From NCBI GenBank assembly GCA_046046935.1, contig JBJOIU010000003.1:1020-65019 (forward strand): a DNA stretch of 64,000 bases, given 5' to 3'. The stretch comes from Bacteroidota bacterium. GTDB lineage: Bacteria; Bacteroidota; Bacteroidia; Chitinophagales; Chitinophagaceae. Position numbers and translations under genes: made by a program. The notes under the pieces were generated by a model that was given only the letters and a program-made list of their open reading frames with translations, made no database searches and had not been told where the DNA came from. Below, in pieces: positions 38,359-48,451 of the stretch (the stretch's first letter is position 1; every line of letters begins with the position of its first letter).

Positions 38359-39270
38359 ATGGAACGACGTAATTTCTTAAAACAAAATTTACTAGCTAGT
38401 GGAACAATCCTAAGCACTGGCGCATTTGCCAATGCGTCAATGTCTTTTAATGCCGAATCAACTTTTAAATTGAATTATGGATTTCATGATGGCATGTTTA
38501 GGTCACATGCGGGAGAAGATTTTATTGATCAAATAAAATTCGCTCATAGTATGGGTTTTCGATCTATTGAAGACAATGGAATGATGGACAGAACGCCAGC
38601 TATGCAACAAAAAATTGGCGATACATTGGCTTCTTTAGGAATGACCATGGGTGTTTTTGTAATTAGTTTTGATCACTGGCCTTTAAGTGTTTCAATGACA
38701 AGTGGCAGTAAAGAATGGAGAAAGAAATTTGTTGATTATTGTGCCGAAGCAGTCATTGTTGCAAAAAGATGCAATGCCAAGCATATGACGGTAGTTCCGG
38801 GAAATTATGATCGCAGCAAATCTATGGATATGCAATTGGCCAATGTATTAGAAGCTTTAAGACCTGGAGTAGAAATTTTAGAAAAAAATAATTTAGTAAT
38901 GGTATTAGAACCATTAAGCGATACACCTGAATTATTTTTAAGACATTCTGATCAAACTTATGCTATTTGTAAAGCAATGAATAGTAGTGCATGTAAAATT
39001 TTATTTGACATGTATCATATGCAAAGAAACGAGGGTAATATCATTGCCAATATGGATAAGTGTTGGGACGAAATTGGCTATTTCCAAATTGGCGATAACC
39101 CTGGACGTAAAGAACCAGGTACAGGTGAAATGAATTACAATAATATTTTTAAACATATTCATCAAAAAGGATATAGAGGCGTAATGGGAATGGAGCACGG
39201 AAATGCAGGCCCTGGCAAAGAAGGCGAACTGGCTTTGATCAAGGCTTATAGAGTAGCAGACAATTTTTAA
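38359..39270 (+). CDS. TAT-exported hydroxypyruvate isomerase-like TIM-barrel protein
   Basis: Leader MERRNFLKQNLLASG. Hyi-family motifs VLEPL and LFDMYHMQRNEGN. Confidence 0.75.
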   Translation: MERRNFLKQNLLASGTILSTGAFANASMSFNAESTFKLNYGFHDGMFRSHAGEDFIDQIKFAHSMGFRSIEDNGMMDRTPAMQQKIGDTLASLGMTMGVFVISFDHWPLSVSMTSGSKEWRKKFVDYCAEAVIVAKRCNAKHMTVVPGNYDRSKSMDMQLANVLEALRPGVEILEKNNLVMVLEPLSDTPELFLRHSDQTYAICKAMNSSACKILFDMYHMQRNEGNIIANMDKCWDEIGYFQIGDNPGRKEPGTGEMNYNNIFKHIHQKGYRGVMGMEHGNAGPGKEGELALIKAYRVADNF

Positions 39271-39293
39271 TGTAAAATTTAATCTTTCAAAAT

Positions 39294-40757
39294 ATGAAAA
39301 AAGGATTGATAGCTTTTGTATGTTTAGTATTGCTTATTCAAGCAAATGCACAAAAAAAATTCGAACCAAATTGGGAATCTTTAAACACCAGAAAAATACC
39401 TGCTTGGTTTAATCAAGACAAGTTTGGCATATTCATCCATTGGGGTGTATACTCTGTTCCTGCTTTTGCACCTGCTTGGTCCAATGATGGTTATAGTTAT
39501 GCTGAGTGGTATAGATATAGATTATTTGAAAAGAAAAAAGAGTTTATCGATTTTCATAATAAAAATTATGGCAGCGGATTTGCTTACGAACAATTTGAGC
39601 CAATGTTTAAAGCAGAGATGTTTGAGCCAACTCAATGGGCAGAACTTTTCAAAAAATCTGGTGCAAAATATGTTGTGTTAACGTCTAAGCATCATGATGG
39701 TTATACTCTATGGAATAGTGCAGAAGCTGATAGAGATTGGAATAGACCATGGAATGCGGTAACAGGAACACCGAAAAGAGATTTATTAGGAGATCTTTCT
39801 ACGGCGGTTAGAAACAGTGGTTTGAAGATGGGCTATTATTATTCATTGTATGAATGGTTTAACCCAATGTGGATGCATGATAGAAAAAAATATGTTGATA
39901 AGCATATGACTCCACAGTTCAAAGATTTGGTAACAAAATACAAGCCTGAAGTGATTTTTTCTGATGGCGAATGGGATATTTCTGATACAGCATGGAAGAG
40001 TCCAGAATTACTGGCTTGGTTATTTAATGAATCTCCTGTGAAAGATAATGTGGTAGTGAATGATAGATGGGGAAATAATACAAGAGAGAAAAATCACGGT
40101 GCCATGTATACAACATCTGAGTATGGAAGTGGTATGGACGCTAGCATAGTTTGGGAAGAAAGTCAAGGTATTGGAAGTTCTTATGGTTATAATAGAAACG
40201 AACAATTAAAAGATTATAAATCAAGTAGAGAGTTGATTTTAATGTTGAATGATATTGTTTCTAGAGGGGGAAATTTCTTATTAGACATTGGTCCAGATGC
40301 TGATGGCAATATCCCAGTAATCTTACAACAAAGATTATCAGATATTGGTGATTGGTTGGAAGTAAATGGAGAAGCGATTTATGAAACAACCGCTAGTAAA
40401 AAACCGGCACAATGGACATTAGGAAAAATGCCAGCAAAAAAAGCTGCAAGTTTTATGGCAGATTATAAAGTGTCAAAACTAGTGGTACCTAAAGCTGACA
40501 GTGCTTATATAGAAAGCTTCTTCACTAAAAAAGGTGAAGACTTGTATTGTATACTTCCGAATTATCAAAATAGTATCACTATTAGAGATGTCAAAGCAAA
40601 TGCAGGTACTAATGTAAGTATTTTAGGTTCCAAGCATCAGCCAACATGGAAAAACAAAGGCAATAAAATTACCGTGGATTTATCATCTTTAAAACCAGGA
40701 GATATTAGTAGCGCTGGAATTTTTGTAATAAAAATTACGAATGCAAAACAAGAATAA
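39294..40757 (+). CDS. Alpha-L-fucosidase (GH29)
   Basis: Signal peptide plus GH29 motifs KFGIFIHWGVYSVPA and KHHDGYTLWNS. Confidence 0.9.
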   Translation: MKKGLIAFVCLVLLIQANAQKKFEPNWESLNTRKIPAWFNQDKFGIFIHWGVYSVPAFAPAWSNDGYSYAEWYRYRLFEKKKEFIDFHNKNYGSGFAYEQFEPMFKAEMFEPTQWAELFKKSGAKYVVLTSKHHDGYTLWNSAEADRDWNRPWNAVTGTPKRDLLGDLSTAVRNSGLKMGYYYSLYEWFNPMWMHDRKKYVDKHMTPQFKDLVTKYKPEVIFSDGEWDISDTAWKSPELLAWLFNESPVKDNVVVNDRWGNNTREKNHGAMYTTSEYGSGMDASIVWEESQGIGSSYGYNRNEQLKDYKSSRELILMLNDIVSRGGNFLLDIGPDADGNIPVILQQRLSDIGDWLEVNGEAIYETTASKKPAQWTLGKMPAKKAASFMADYKVSKLVVPKADSAYIESFFTKKGEDLYCILPNYQNSITIRDVKANAGTNVSILGSKHQPTWKNKGNKITVDLSSLKPGDISSAGIFVIKITNAKQE

Positions 40758-41813
40758 CTATACTTGTATCCCTTGTTTTTTAATTTGAGCGTGCATTACT
40801 TTAAACCAAAGAGGAGGTACTAAAGAAAGTAATATCATTCCAGGATAGCCGGTAGGCATTTGTGGCGCTTTGTCCATATGCCTAAGCACTTGGTATTTTC
40901 TAGAAGCTAAGTAATGGTGATCACTATGTCTGCTTAATTCGAAAAGCATTAATCTGCCAATGACATGATTGCTATTCCAGCTATGATGAGGTTGTACTCT
41001 TTCGTAATGATCTTCTGATGTTTTATTTCTACTCAATCCATAGTGTTCAATATAATTTACTGTTTCTAATAGTATGCCTCCAATTAGTGCAGCTACTACA
41101 AATAATAAAGTAATGCTTGTTCCCCAAAACCAAAATAGTCCAAAAACAAAAGCGGCTTGTATAATTTGGAATTGCAACATCTCATTTTGTAATGAGAAAA
41201 TCGATTTCCCTTTTTTCTTTAAAGCCTTGCCTGCAATATGCCATGCACTTAAATAAGTACCAATTAATGTTTGTGGCCAAAATGCGTATACCGATTGATT
41301 TAATCTTGCAGAGCTTGGATCTCCAGGTGTTGCTACATGTTTATGATGCCCTTGATTATGATCAATATAAAAATGCATATACAAGCTAGTTAATAATAAA
41401 AGTTTTGCAAGTGTTTGCTCAAATTTATTTACTCTATGACCCAACTCGTGTGCTACATTAATTCCAAAAGTTCCGCAAAGAAGGCCCATTGTTAAAACTC
41501 TGCCTGCAATATCTATATTATTTAAACCTACAGTTTCTAAAGAGTGTAAAAAAGTATATAAAGAAAAATATTGCATAACGACTGCGGCATATAAAATAAA
41601 ATCATATCCTTTATTGGTTTTTGCAAGTGCTTCTTCAACTTCATCTAAATTTTTTGCATCAGGTTTTAATAATAACTCTACGCCGGGTACTACAAAAAAT
41701 GTATACAAAAGTGGAAGCCAACAAAGTATACCATTGCCGCCAAAAGAGATCATTGCCAATACGTACAATACAAATGGAGTAAGGTATTTAAAAGATTTTA
41801 TGCTTCTTATCAT
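40758..41813 (-). CDS. alkB: Alkane 1-monooxygenase / AlkB-type membrane di-iron hydroxylase
   Basis: His boxes HELGHR, HNQGHHKH and LSRHSDHH, plus the NYIEHYGL motif. Confidence 0.85.
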   Translation of the reverse strand: MIRSIKSFKYLTPFVLYVLAMISFGGNGILCWLPLLYTFFVVPGVELLLKPDAKNLDEVEEALAKTNKGYDFILYAAVVMQYFSLYTFLHSLETVGLNNIDIAGRVLTMGLLCGTFGINVAHELGHRVNKFEQTLAKLLLLTSLYMHFYIDHNQGHHKHVATPGDPSSARLNQSVYAFWPQTLIGTYLSAWHIAGKALKKKGKSIFSLQNEMLQFQIIQAAFVFGLFWFWGTSITLLFVVAALIGGILLETVNYIEHYGLSRNKTSEDHYERVQPHHSWNSNHVIGRLMLFELSRHSDHHYLASRKYQVLRHMDKAPQMPTGYPGMILLSLVPPLWFKVMHAQIKKQGIQV

Positions 41814-41858
41814 GCTATTAAGTTAGACAAATTCTGTAAATTCCATAAAATTTTATTT

Positions 41859-43142
41859 ATGAAACAATACGCAGTAATAATAGCTACCATGTTTTGTTTA
41901 ACAGCAGAAGCGCAGGTACTACCTAAAAATTTTAACGATTTAACTAAACAAGTAGAGCCTAGTTTGATCCAATGGCGTAGACATTTTCATGAATTTCCAG
42001 AACTATCCAATAGAGAATTTAACACGGGTAAATATATCGCAGACTATTTAAGATCAATTGGTTTGGAAGTTAAATACCCGGTTGCCAAAACTGGGGTAGT
42101 CGCTATTTTAAAAGGAGCAAAGCCTGGACCCAATATTGGGCTAAGAGCAGATATTGATGCATTGCCCGTTTCGGAGAGAGCCCCAATATCTTTTGCTTCA
42201 AAAGTGAAAGCAGAATACAATGGTCAACAAGTGAGTGTGATGCATGCCTGTGGACATGATGCACATACAGCCATTTTAATGGCGACAGCAAAAACCTTGA
42301 AAGACATGCAAAAAGATTTGGCTGGAACGGTGGTGTTTTTATTTCAACCTGCAGAAGAGGGTTCGCCTAATAATGAAGAAGGAGGTGCGCCATTATTAAT
42401 TAAAGAAGGAGCAATGGATAATCCAAAATTAGATGTGGTGTTTGGATTGCATATGGCAGCTTCTTTACCAGCAGGAATGTTAGCATATAAATCTGGCGCC
42501 GCTCAAGCTTCTTCAGATTTATTCAAAATAGTAGTTCATGGAAAAGGCAGCCATGGTGCAATGCCATGGGGTAGCGTAGATCCAATTGTTGTCTCTGCAC
42601 AAATTATAGAAGGATTACAGCATATTGTAAGTAGGCAGTCTGACTTAACCAAAGCACCCTTGGTGATTTCAGTTGGATCTTTGCATGCAGGAGTAAGAGC
42701 GAATATTATTCCAGAGACTGCTCAAATGGATGGCACGATTAGGTCTTTGGACGCTACTATGCGAACAGAAACACATCAAAAAATAAAACAAACTGTACAT
42801 GCTATTGCAGCAGCCAATGGAGCAACTGCAGACGTAGAAATTAAAACACAAACCCTGGTCAATTACAATGACCCTGCATTAGCAAAAAAAGCGGCAATCT
42901 CTTTGACAAAAGTTGCTGGTACTGAAAATGTTTTTGAATCTAATTGGACCACAGCGGCAGAAGACTTTTCTTTTTATGGAGAAAAAGCACCTACTTTCTT
43001 TTTTAGCTTAGGTGGAATGGAGAAAAATAAAAAATCGAGCGAGGTGGGAGGCCACCATACGCCCGATTTTTATTTAGATGAGTCCGGATTTATTAACGGA
43101 GTAAAAGCTTTTTGTAATCTAGTGTTTGATTTTAAAAAATAA
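41859..43142 (+). CDS. M20D family amidohydrolase (N-acyl-L-amino-acid amidohydrolase / hippurate hydrolase-like), secreted
   Basis: MHACGHDAHTA motif and FQPAEEG. Signal peptide present. Confidence 0.85.
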   Translation: MKQYAVIIATMFCLTAEAQVLPKNFNDLTKQVEPSLIQWRRHFHEFPELSNREFNTGKYIADYLRSIGLEVKYPVAKTGVVAILKGAKPGPNIGLRADIDALPVSERAPISFASKVKAEYNGQQVSVMHACGHDAHTAILMATAKTLKDMQKDLAGTVVFLFQPAEEGSPNNEEGGAPLLIKEGAMDNPKLDVVFGLHMAASLPAGMLAYKSGAAQASSDLFKIVVHGKGSHGAMPWGSVDPIVVSAQIIEGLQHIVSRQSDLTKAPLVISVGSLHAGVRANIIPETAQMDGTIRSLDATMRTETHQKIKQTVHAIAAANGATADVEIKTQTLVNYNDPALAKKAAISLTKVAGTENVFESNWTTAAEDFSFYGEKAPTFFFSLGGMEKNKKSSEVGGHHTPDFYLDESGFINGVKAFCNLVFDFKK

Positions 43143-43182
43143 AAAATTAGGGGCTGATAAAATATAGCCCCTAATTTTTTTT
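43141..43182. terminator. Bidirectional rho-independent terminator
   Basis: A-run, TTAGGGGCT-gataaaatat-AGCCCCTAA, then an 8-T run, between convergent genes. Confidence 0.75.
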
Positions 43183-46060
43183 ATTGCTTTTTATTTTTTT
43201 CAAATTCTAATAATGTATTTTTTACAGCGGCTTCTACTGTTTTAGTAGGAGCCATATCTGTACCATCAATAATTTCAAAAAGAGCGCTTAGCTTTCTATC
43301 AATTTGAGGATACTTATTGATAGTCGACTTTCTGGCATCATAACAAGCTTTAGACAAACTATGTTGTCTTTGTAAATCTGTCATTGATGTTTTCACTCTA
43401 GGGTCCATTTTTATTTCTAATGCTTGTTCTATTATCTTATTCCCAATGGTCAATCTAACTGTATAAGTGCCAGGTAAAACCCAAGGCGCATTAGCATCGG
43501 GTGCTGTATTGTTTTTAACAGCAGTCATTGGGTAAGATACTGGAATATTTAATGGAGCATATTTCATATCCCAAAGCAATCTATGCATTCCAGATGTATT
43601 AGATAAAATACTTTGTGGTCTAATCCAGTATAAAGGAATATTTACTTCTGGTATAGCATATAAAGTATCATTGCTTTTAAATGTTCTTACAATTTCTTTT
43701 TGTTGATTTAGAATATCAATTTGTACAATATCAGCACTGTTTGATGGTAAATAATATTCAATCATTGCTCCGTCTGGAGGATTTTCTCCTGCTGGCTCTT
43801 CTGGAGGCAATGGAGTGTCTGTATTCATATTCCATCTAACTCTAGTAGCTACTGCCGGTTTGAATAGAGCTACTTGATTTTTTGTGGCAGCATTTAATTG
43901 ACGCAATGAACTAATATTATCTAAGATCCAAAAACTTCTACCATGTGTTCCAATAACTAAATCGTCGTCCTTTACTACTAGGTCTCTAATACTTGTAGAT
44001 GGCATATTCAATTGTAATGATTGCCAATGCTCACCTGCATCGAAAGAAACGTATACTGCATTTTCAGACCCTGCAAATAATAATCCTTTTCTTACAGCGT
44101 CTTCTCTTACTGCATTAATTGGTTCATTAGGTAAACCTGCAACAATTTTTTTCCATGTCGCACCTCCATCTGTTGTTTTATAAATATAAGGCGCTTGGTC
44201 GTCGCATCTTATTCTATTTACTGCAACATATGCAGTGTTGTCATCGTATCTACTTGCATCTATTAAAGATATTTTACTCCAAGAACCAATTTCAGAAGGT
44301 GTAATATTTTTCCATGTCTTACCACCGTCTTTTGTAATATGAATTAAACCATCATCTGTTCCTGCCCATAAAGTATTGATATTTTTATAAGATGGTGCAA
44401 GAGTATACACTACACCTCTTCTTTTCATAGTCAACATATCTTTACTTGTATAAATACCTACACTTGCAGGAATATCCCATGCTTCTCTAGATAAATCTGG
44501 GCTTATCGTTTCCCAACTATCTCCACCATTGGTAGTTTTGAAAATTATATTACCAGAGAAGTATAAAGTTTTATTATCCACTGGTGAAAAAATAACAGGA
44601 GCAGTTCTGATGAATCTAACATTCCCAGATCTTACTGGTTCTGGAGAAATATTTTGTACCTGTCCTGTTCTCTTGTCAAATTTGGTAATCTTTCCACCAT
44701 ATATAATATTAGGATCTAAAGGATCTGCTGCTACGTATCCGTATTCTTCCACACCTACTGGATGCCATTCTCTGAAAGTGATATTGCCATCATTCGATCT
44801 TGAAGCAATTCCTACTGAACCACTTTCTTGTTGACCTCCATAAACATTATAAGGAAATGCGTTGTCCGTGCTTACATGATAAAATTGTGCAGTGGCTTGA
44901 TTATACCAACTAGAAAAAGTTTCACCACCATTTACGGTTACAGTACCTCCTTGATCTAATCCAATTGCGATAATTTTTGGATTAGAGGGATTGATCCATA
45001 TTCTATGATAGTCGTCTCCACCTGGAGCGCCTTTTAATCCTGTCCATTTTTTACCACCATCAAGAGACTTCCACATAACTACATTCGCAGAGTATACAAT
45101 ATCTTCATTGGTTGGATCTGTTTTAACTTCTGCAAAATCGCTCCCTCTTCCCCAAAATCTTGGATCTTCAGTTAAGATATACCAAGATTCACCTGCATCA
45201 TCACTTCTATAAATTCCCCCCTTTTTTTCTGCATCTACCGTTGCATACATTCTTGAAGAATTACTTTGTGCAATCGTGAAACCAATTCTACCTAAACCAT
45301 CTTCTTTAGTTGTAGGAAAACCTTTTGTTATTTTTTTCCATGTGCTTCCACCATCCGTTGATTTATATAATCCGCTTGCTTCTCCATTCCATGCGCCGTT
45401 TTCCCATGGACCTTGTCTTGCAGCCCAAAGGGTTGCAAATACTATATTAGGATGATTGGGATCAATCTGCACTTGAACAGCTCCAGTGTTTTCGTCTATA
45501 TATAAAACCTGTTCTAATGTTTTTCCTCCATCCATACTTCTGTATACTCCTCTTTCTTTATTAGGTCCATAGGGATGTCCCAATGCAGCAACAAAAATTC
45601 TGTTTTCGTTATTAGGATCTACACTTAATCCTCCAATTTGTTGAGCATCGTTTAAACCAAGACGCATCCATGTATTCCCTGCATCGATAGATTTATACAA
45701 GCCATCTCCAATAGATAAGTCGGGCCTTTGAATACCTTCGCCACTTCCTACATAAATTACATTAGGATTAGATGGGGCTACAATCACATCACCTACTGAT
45801 CCAGTCTTTTGTGTATCAAAAATTGGTTTCCAAGTATGGCCATAGTCGGTTGTTTTCCATACACCACCATTATTTACACCAATATAAAATACATTGGGTT
45901 GTGATGCTACACCTGAAATACCCACTGTTCTCCCTGCTCTATGCGGACCGATATTTCTATATCGTAATCCCGCAAACAAGGAATTATCCATTGTTTGTGC
46001 AAATAAAGAAACACTAGATACTAATGTTGCTAATAAAAAAAAGGCTTTCTTGCTATTCAT
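43181..46060 (-). CDS. Secreted BNR/Asp-box (sortilin/VPS10-like) double beta-propeller protein
   Basis: Many S-x-D-x-G-x-T-W Asp-box repeats (SIDAGNTW, SMDGGKTL, STDGGSTW, SLDGGKKW, TKDGGKTW, TTDGGATW). Confidence 0.7.
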   Translation of the reverse strand: MNSKKAFFLLATLVSSVSLFAQTMDNSLFAGLRYRNIGPHRAGRTVGISGVASQPNVFYIGVNNGGVWKTTDYGHTWKPIFDTQKTGSVGDVIVAPSNPNVIYVGSGEGIQRPDLSIGDGLYKSIDAGNTWMRLGLNDAQQIGGLSVDPNNENRIFVAALGHPYGPNKERGVYRSMDGGKTLEQVLYIDENTGAVQVQIDPNHPNIVFATLWAARQGPWENGAWNGEASGLYKSTDGGSTWKKITKGFPTTKEDGLGRIGFTIAQSNSSRMYATVDAEKKGGIYRSDDAGESWYILTEDPRFWGRGSDFAEVKTDPTNEDIVYSANVVMWKSLDGGKKWTGLKGAPGGDDYHRIWINPSNPKIIAIGLDQGGTVTVNGGETFSSWYNQATAQFYHVSTDNAFPYNVYGGQQESGSVGIASRSNDGNITFREWHPVGVEEYGYVAADPLDPNIIYGGKITKFDKRTGQVQNISPEPVRSGNVRFIRTAPVIFSPVDNKTLYFSGNIIFKTTNGGDSWETISPDLSREAWDIPASVGIYTSKDMLTMKRRGVVYTLAPSYKNINTLWAGTDDGLIHITKDGGKTWKNITPSEIGSWSKISLIDASRYDDNTAYVAVNRIRCDDQAPYIYKTTDGGATWKKIVAGLPNEPINAVREDAVRKGLLFAGSENAVYVSFDAGEHWQSLQLNMPSTSIRDLVVKDDDLVIGTHGRSFWILDNISSLRQLNAATKNQVALFKPAVATRVRWNMNTDTPLPPEEPAGENPPDGAMIEYYLPSNSADIVQIDILNQQKEIVRTFKSNDTLYAIPEVNIPLYWIRPQSILSNTSGMHRLLWDMKYAPLNIPVSYPMTAVKNNTAPDANAPWVLPGTYTVRLTIGNKIIEQALEIKMDPRVKTSMTDLQRQHSLSKACYDARKSTINKYPQIDRKLSALFEIIDGTDMAPTKTVEAAVKNTLLEFEKNKKQ

Positions 46061-46103
46061 ATGATTGTTTTATAGTTACTAAATATACTAAATTACAAGA
46101 GGT

Positions 46104-46140
46104 AATAAAAATAGGGGGTAGCTTTTGTACCCCCTATTTT
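46104..46140 (-). terminator. Rho-independent terminator after the DUF5916-like gene
   Basis: ATAGGGGGTA-gcttttg-TACCCCCTAT hairpin. On the minus strand it is followed by TTTTATTA. Overlaps the stop codon at 46140. Confidence 0.65.
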
Positions 46141-48347
46141 TATTTATTCCACCAATAAGTAAATTTCAATACTACTGCTCTGTTTTTTACAAAAACAGGA
46201 CCTATATAATAATTGTCTGTATACACAATGAATAAATCAGAGGCAGGCTTATATCTCCATTGAAATCTAGTATTAAAGTTGATATTGGTTGTCTGCTCAT
46301 TGTATTGGAAGAAGGTAGTAAAGAATAATTTATTAGTCATAGTGATATCTACTTTAGGTCCCACTAGTAAAAAATTATTTTTACCCCAAGGCATTGGTAA
46401 ATCAATATGGTTATAGGTACTTGAAATATCAATGTTTACATAAGGCTGAATTCTATAACCCACATTTGCAGTAAGACTAAATAATTTTCCATCTGCGTAG
46501 TAGCCACCTGTTCTAGAAGATAATGTATAAGTGAATCTATGTTGTGGCGCAGAAATAAAATCAAAACCAACAGTATTCCATTGGTGTTTGGTATGTGCTT
46601 CTAATGGTTGTTTGCCAATTCTTGTTGGGTCAAATGGTGCTAGTAATTCTACATAATCATTTTGAATGACACCAGACAATGTGCTCTTATCTCTGTAAGT
46701 AATTAAATAAGTAAATACTTTAGTGTGATCAGTTTGTTCTAATGCAGTATTAAAATAATAGCTTGTTAAAAACTGAGGCCCATGAGACAATACATTTCCT
46801 TTATCAGGGAAAAATAATCTTGTAACACTAGGGTTAATTTTCACGTAATTATTTCTAGGAATATAGCCTACTTCTGCATTAAAATTATTACCCACAATTT
46901 CATGTTGCCATGATAGTATCCATTTTTTGTTGCTGTATTGTAGGTTTCCTGCATTCATTAAGTCATCACCAGTTTTATTGGGAGTAATAGATTTTATTAA
47001 AATTGTTTTACCAGACCAAGTGTTGTTTTTAGGCGCTAACATAAATTCAAACCCAATATTTTTATTATAAGCGTTTCCATAGCTGGTACTATTGGAGCTA
47101 TATATAGACGCATTGGTAAAATCTATTTGCGTTTTATCTATATAAAATAACTCCAAACTAGATTTCTTAAATAATTTTCTTTGTAACGCAACTACTGCAA
47201 AATTTTGAGCAAATATATTCTTTGACTCGTCTGCACTTGTTTTCATATCCATTAATCCAATACGCCAATTTTTATCTAGTCTGCCACTCATTCTTGCACC
47301 AAAATCGATATTACTATTTAGCCCAATTCTTCTTGAGAAAAATGGTCGAACATTTTCATAACCTAAATTGGAAAATAAATCGGCATTCTCTAAAAAGAAC
47401 TGTCTTCTTTCTGGAAAAAATAATTCAAATCTACTAAGATTAGTTACCTGTCTATCTACTTCAACTTGAGAAAAATCAGGATGTATAGTTAAATCTAAAT
47501 TAAGTGAAGAGCTTAAACTAATTTTTGCATCCAAGCCCATGTCGGATCTATTCAAAGTCGGAGCGTTTAATTTGGCGCCAGCATTATTAGCAAATTCTTT
47601 TGCACTACTAGATTTAAAATAGGGGATTAAAGAAAAATTATTTTGATGCTCAGGCAATGGGGCATCCCAGATTAATGAACCAGTATAATTTAAAGATGCT
47701 GTTGGGAATTGTCTTGGAACAGGTGCCCAGCTTGATTTCTCTGTTGTAATTAAATCGTTTCTGCCAAAATTAATTCCCCATTCTTTGATACCAGCTTTAT
47801 ATCTAATAGATTTAAATGGGATGGACGCTTCCCAAATATATCTATTCGCGTCATTGGTAATATTGGAAGTCCATTTATTATCCCAATTTAAATCTACACT
47901 ACCTCCCTCATACATTGTACCATCCCATTGTGCACCTGCGGCATTTGCACCAAATGCAAATCCATTGGTTAAATCACCATAAGTATCCATGAAGACAATA
48001 AAATTATCATTCTTACCAAAATTCCAATCTCTTTTTAATGACTCCACCATATCTTTTCCAGCAACAGATTTATAACAGGTAGCGATAATATATAAGTTGT
48101 CATTATCATAAGTTAGTCTAACTTCTGTTGGCACTTTGGCAATACTAGTATCCATTGGCAATACCATTGCAAAATTCGTTGCTACTTCTGCGTTTTTCCA
48201 AACGGCCTCTTGCATTATACCATCGACGGTAATTTTTTCAGAAGTTTTATGAATATGGTATTGAAATTTACTATTGATTTTTTGAGCCTTTGTAATTTGA
48301 AACGTCAAAAAGAAGACAATCAGAAAGAAAAAAGATTTTAGTTGCAA
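46140..48347 (-). CDS. Secreted CBM9-like / DUF5916-type protein (probable outer-membrane beta-barrel)
   Basis: Signal peptide (TTG start), N-terminal CBM9-like ITVDGIMQEAVW...NLYI pattern and a long beta-strand-rich C-terminus. Family assigned from memory. Confidence 0.55.
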   Translation of the reverse strand: MQLKSFFFLIVFFLTFQITKAQKINSKFQYHIHKTSEKITVDGIMQEAVWKNAEVATNFAMVLPMDTSIAKVPTEVRLTYDNDNLYIIATCYKSVAGKDMVESLKRDWNFGKNDNFIVFMDTYGDLTNGFAFGANAAGAQWDGTMYEGGSVDLNWDNKWTSNITNDANRYIWEASIPFKSIRYKAGIKEWGINFGRNDLITTEKSSWAPVPRQFPTASLNYTGSLIWDAPLPEHQNNFSLIPYFKSSSAKEFANNAGAKLNAPTLNRSDMGLDAKISLSSSLNLDLTIHPDFSQVEVDRQVTNLSRFELFFPERRQFFLENADLFSNLGYENVRPFFSRRIGLNSNIDFGARMSGRLDKNWRIGLMDMKTSADESKNIFAQNFAVVALQRKLFKKSSLELFYIDKTQIDFTNASIYSSNSTSYGNAYNKNIGFEFMLAPKNNTWSGKTILIKSITPNKTGDDLMNAGNLQYSNKKWILSWQHEIVGNNFNAEVGYIPRNNYVKINPSVTRLFFPDKGNVLSHGPQFLTSYYFNTALEQTDHTKVFTYLITYRDKSTLSGVIQNDYVELLAPFDPTRIGKQPLEAHTKHQWNTVGFDFISAPQHRFTYTLSSRTGGYYADGKLFSLTANVGYRIQPYVNIDISSTYNHIDLPMPWGKNNFLLVGPKVDITMTNKLFFTTFFQYNEQTTNINFNTRFQWRYKPASDLFIVYTDNYYIGPVFVKNRAVVLKFTYWWNK

Positions 48348-48451
48348 TGCTTGAATAATTTAGTTGGTATGATTAGATGCTTTAAATTTAAAGTTTTTTA
48401 GGCTATTATTTTTATTTATACCTTTATATTACACCAACGAAAACCAATACT

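Noticed and set aside
26699-39270. A covalent flavinylation target for ApbE among neighbouring proteins
   Set aside because: Eye-scanning for Dxx(S/T)GA(T/S) found only weak look-alikes: GRGTGAAM in the Rossmann loop of the oxidoreductase, and DKSGTVSGS inside an MFS transmembrane region. Neither is a plausible extracytoplasmic flavinylation site.
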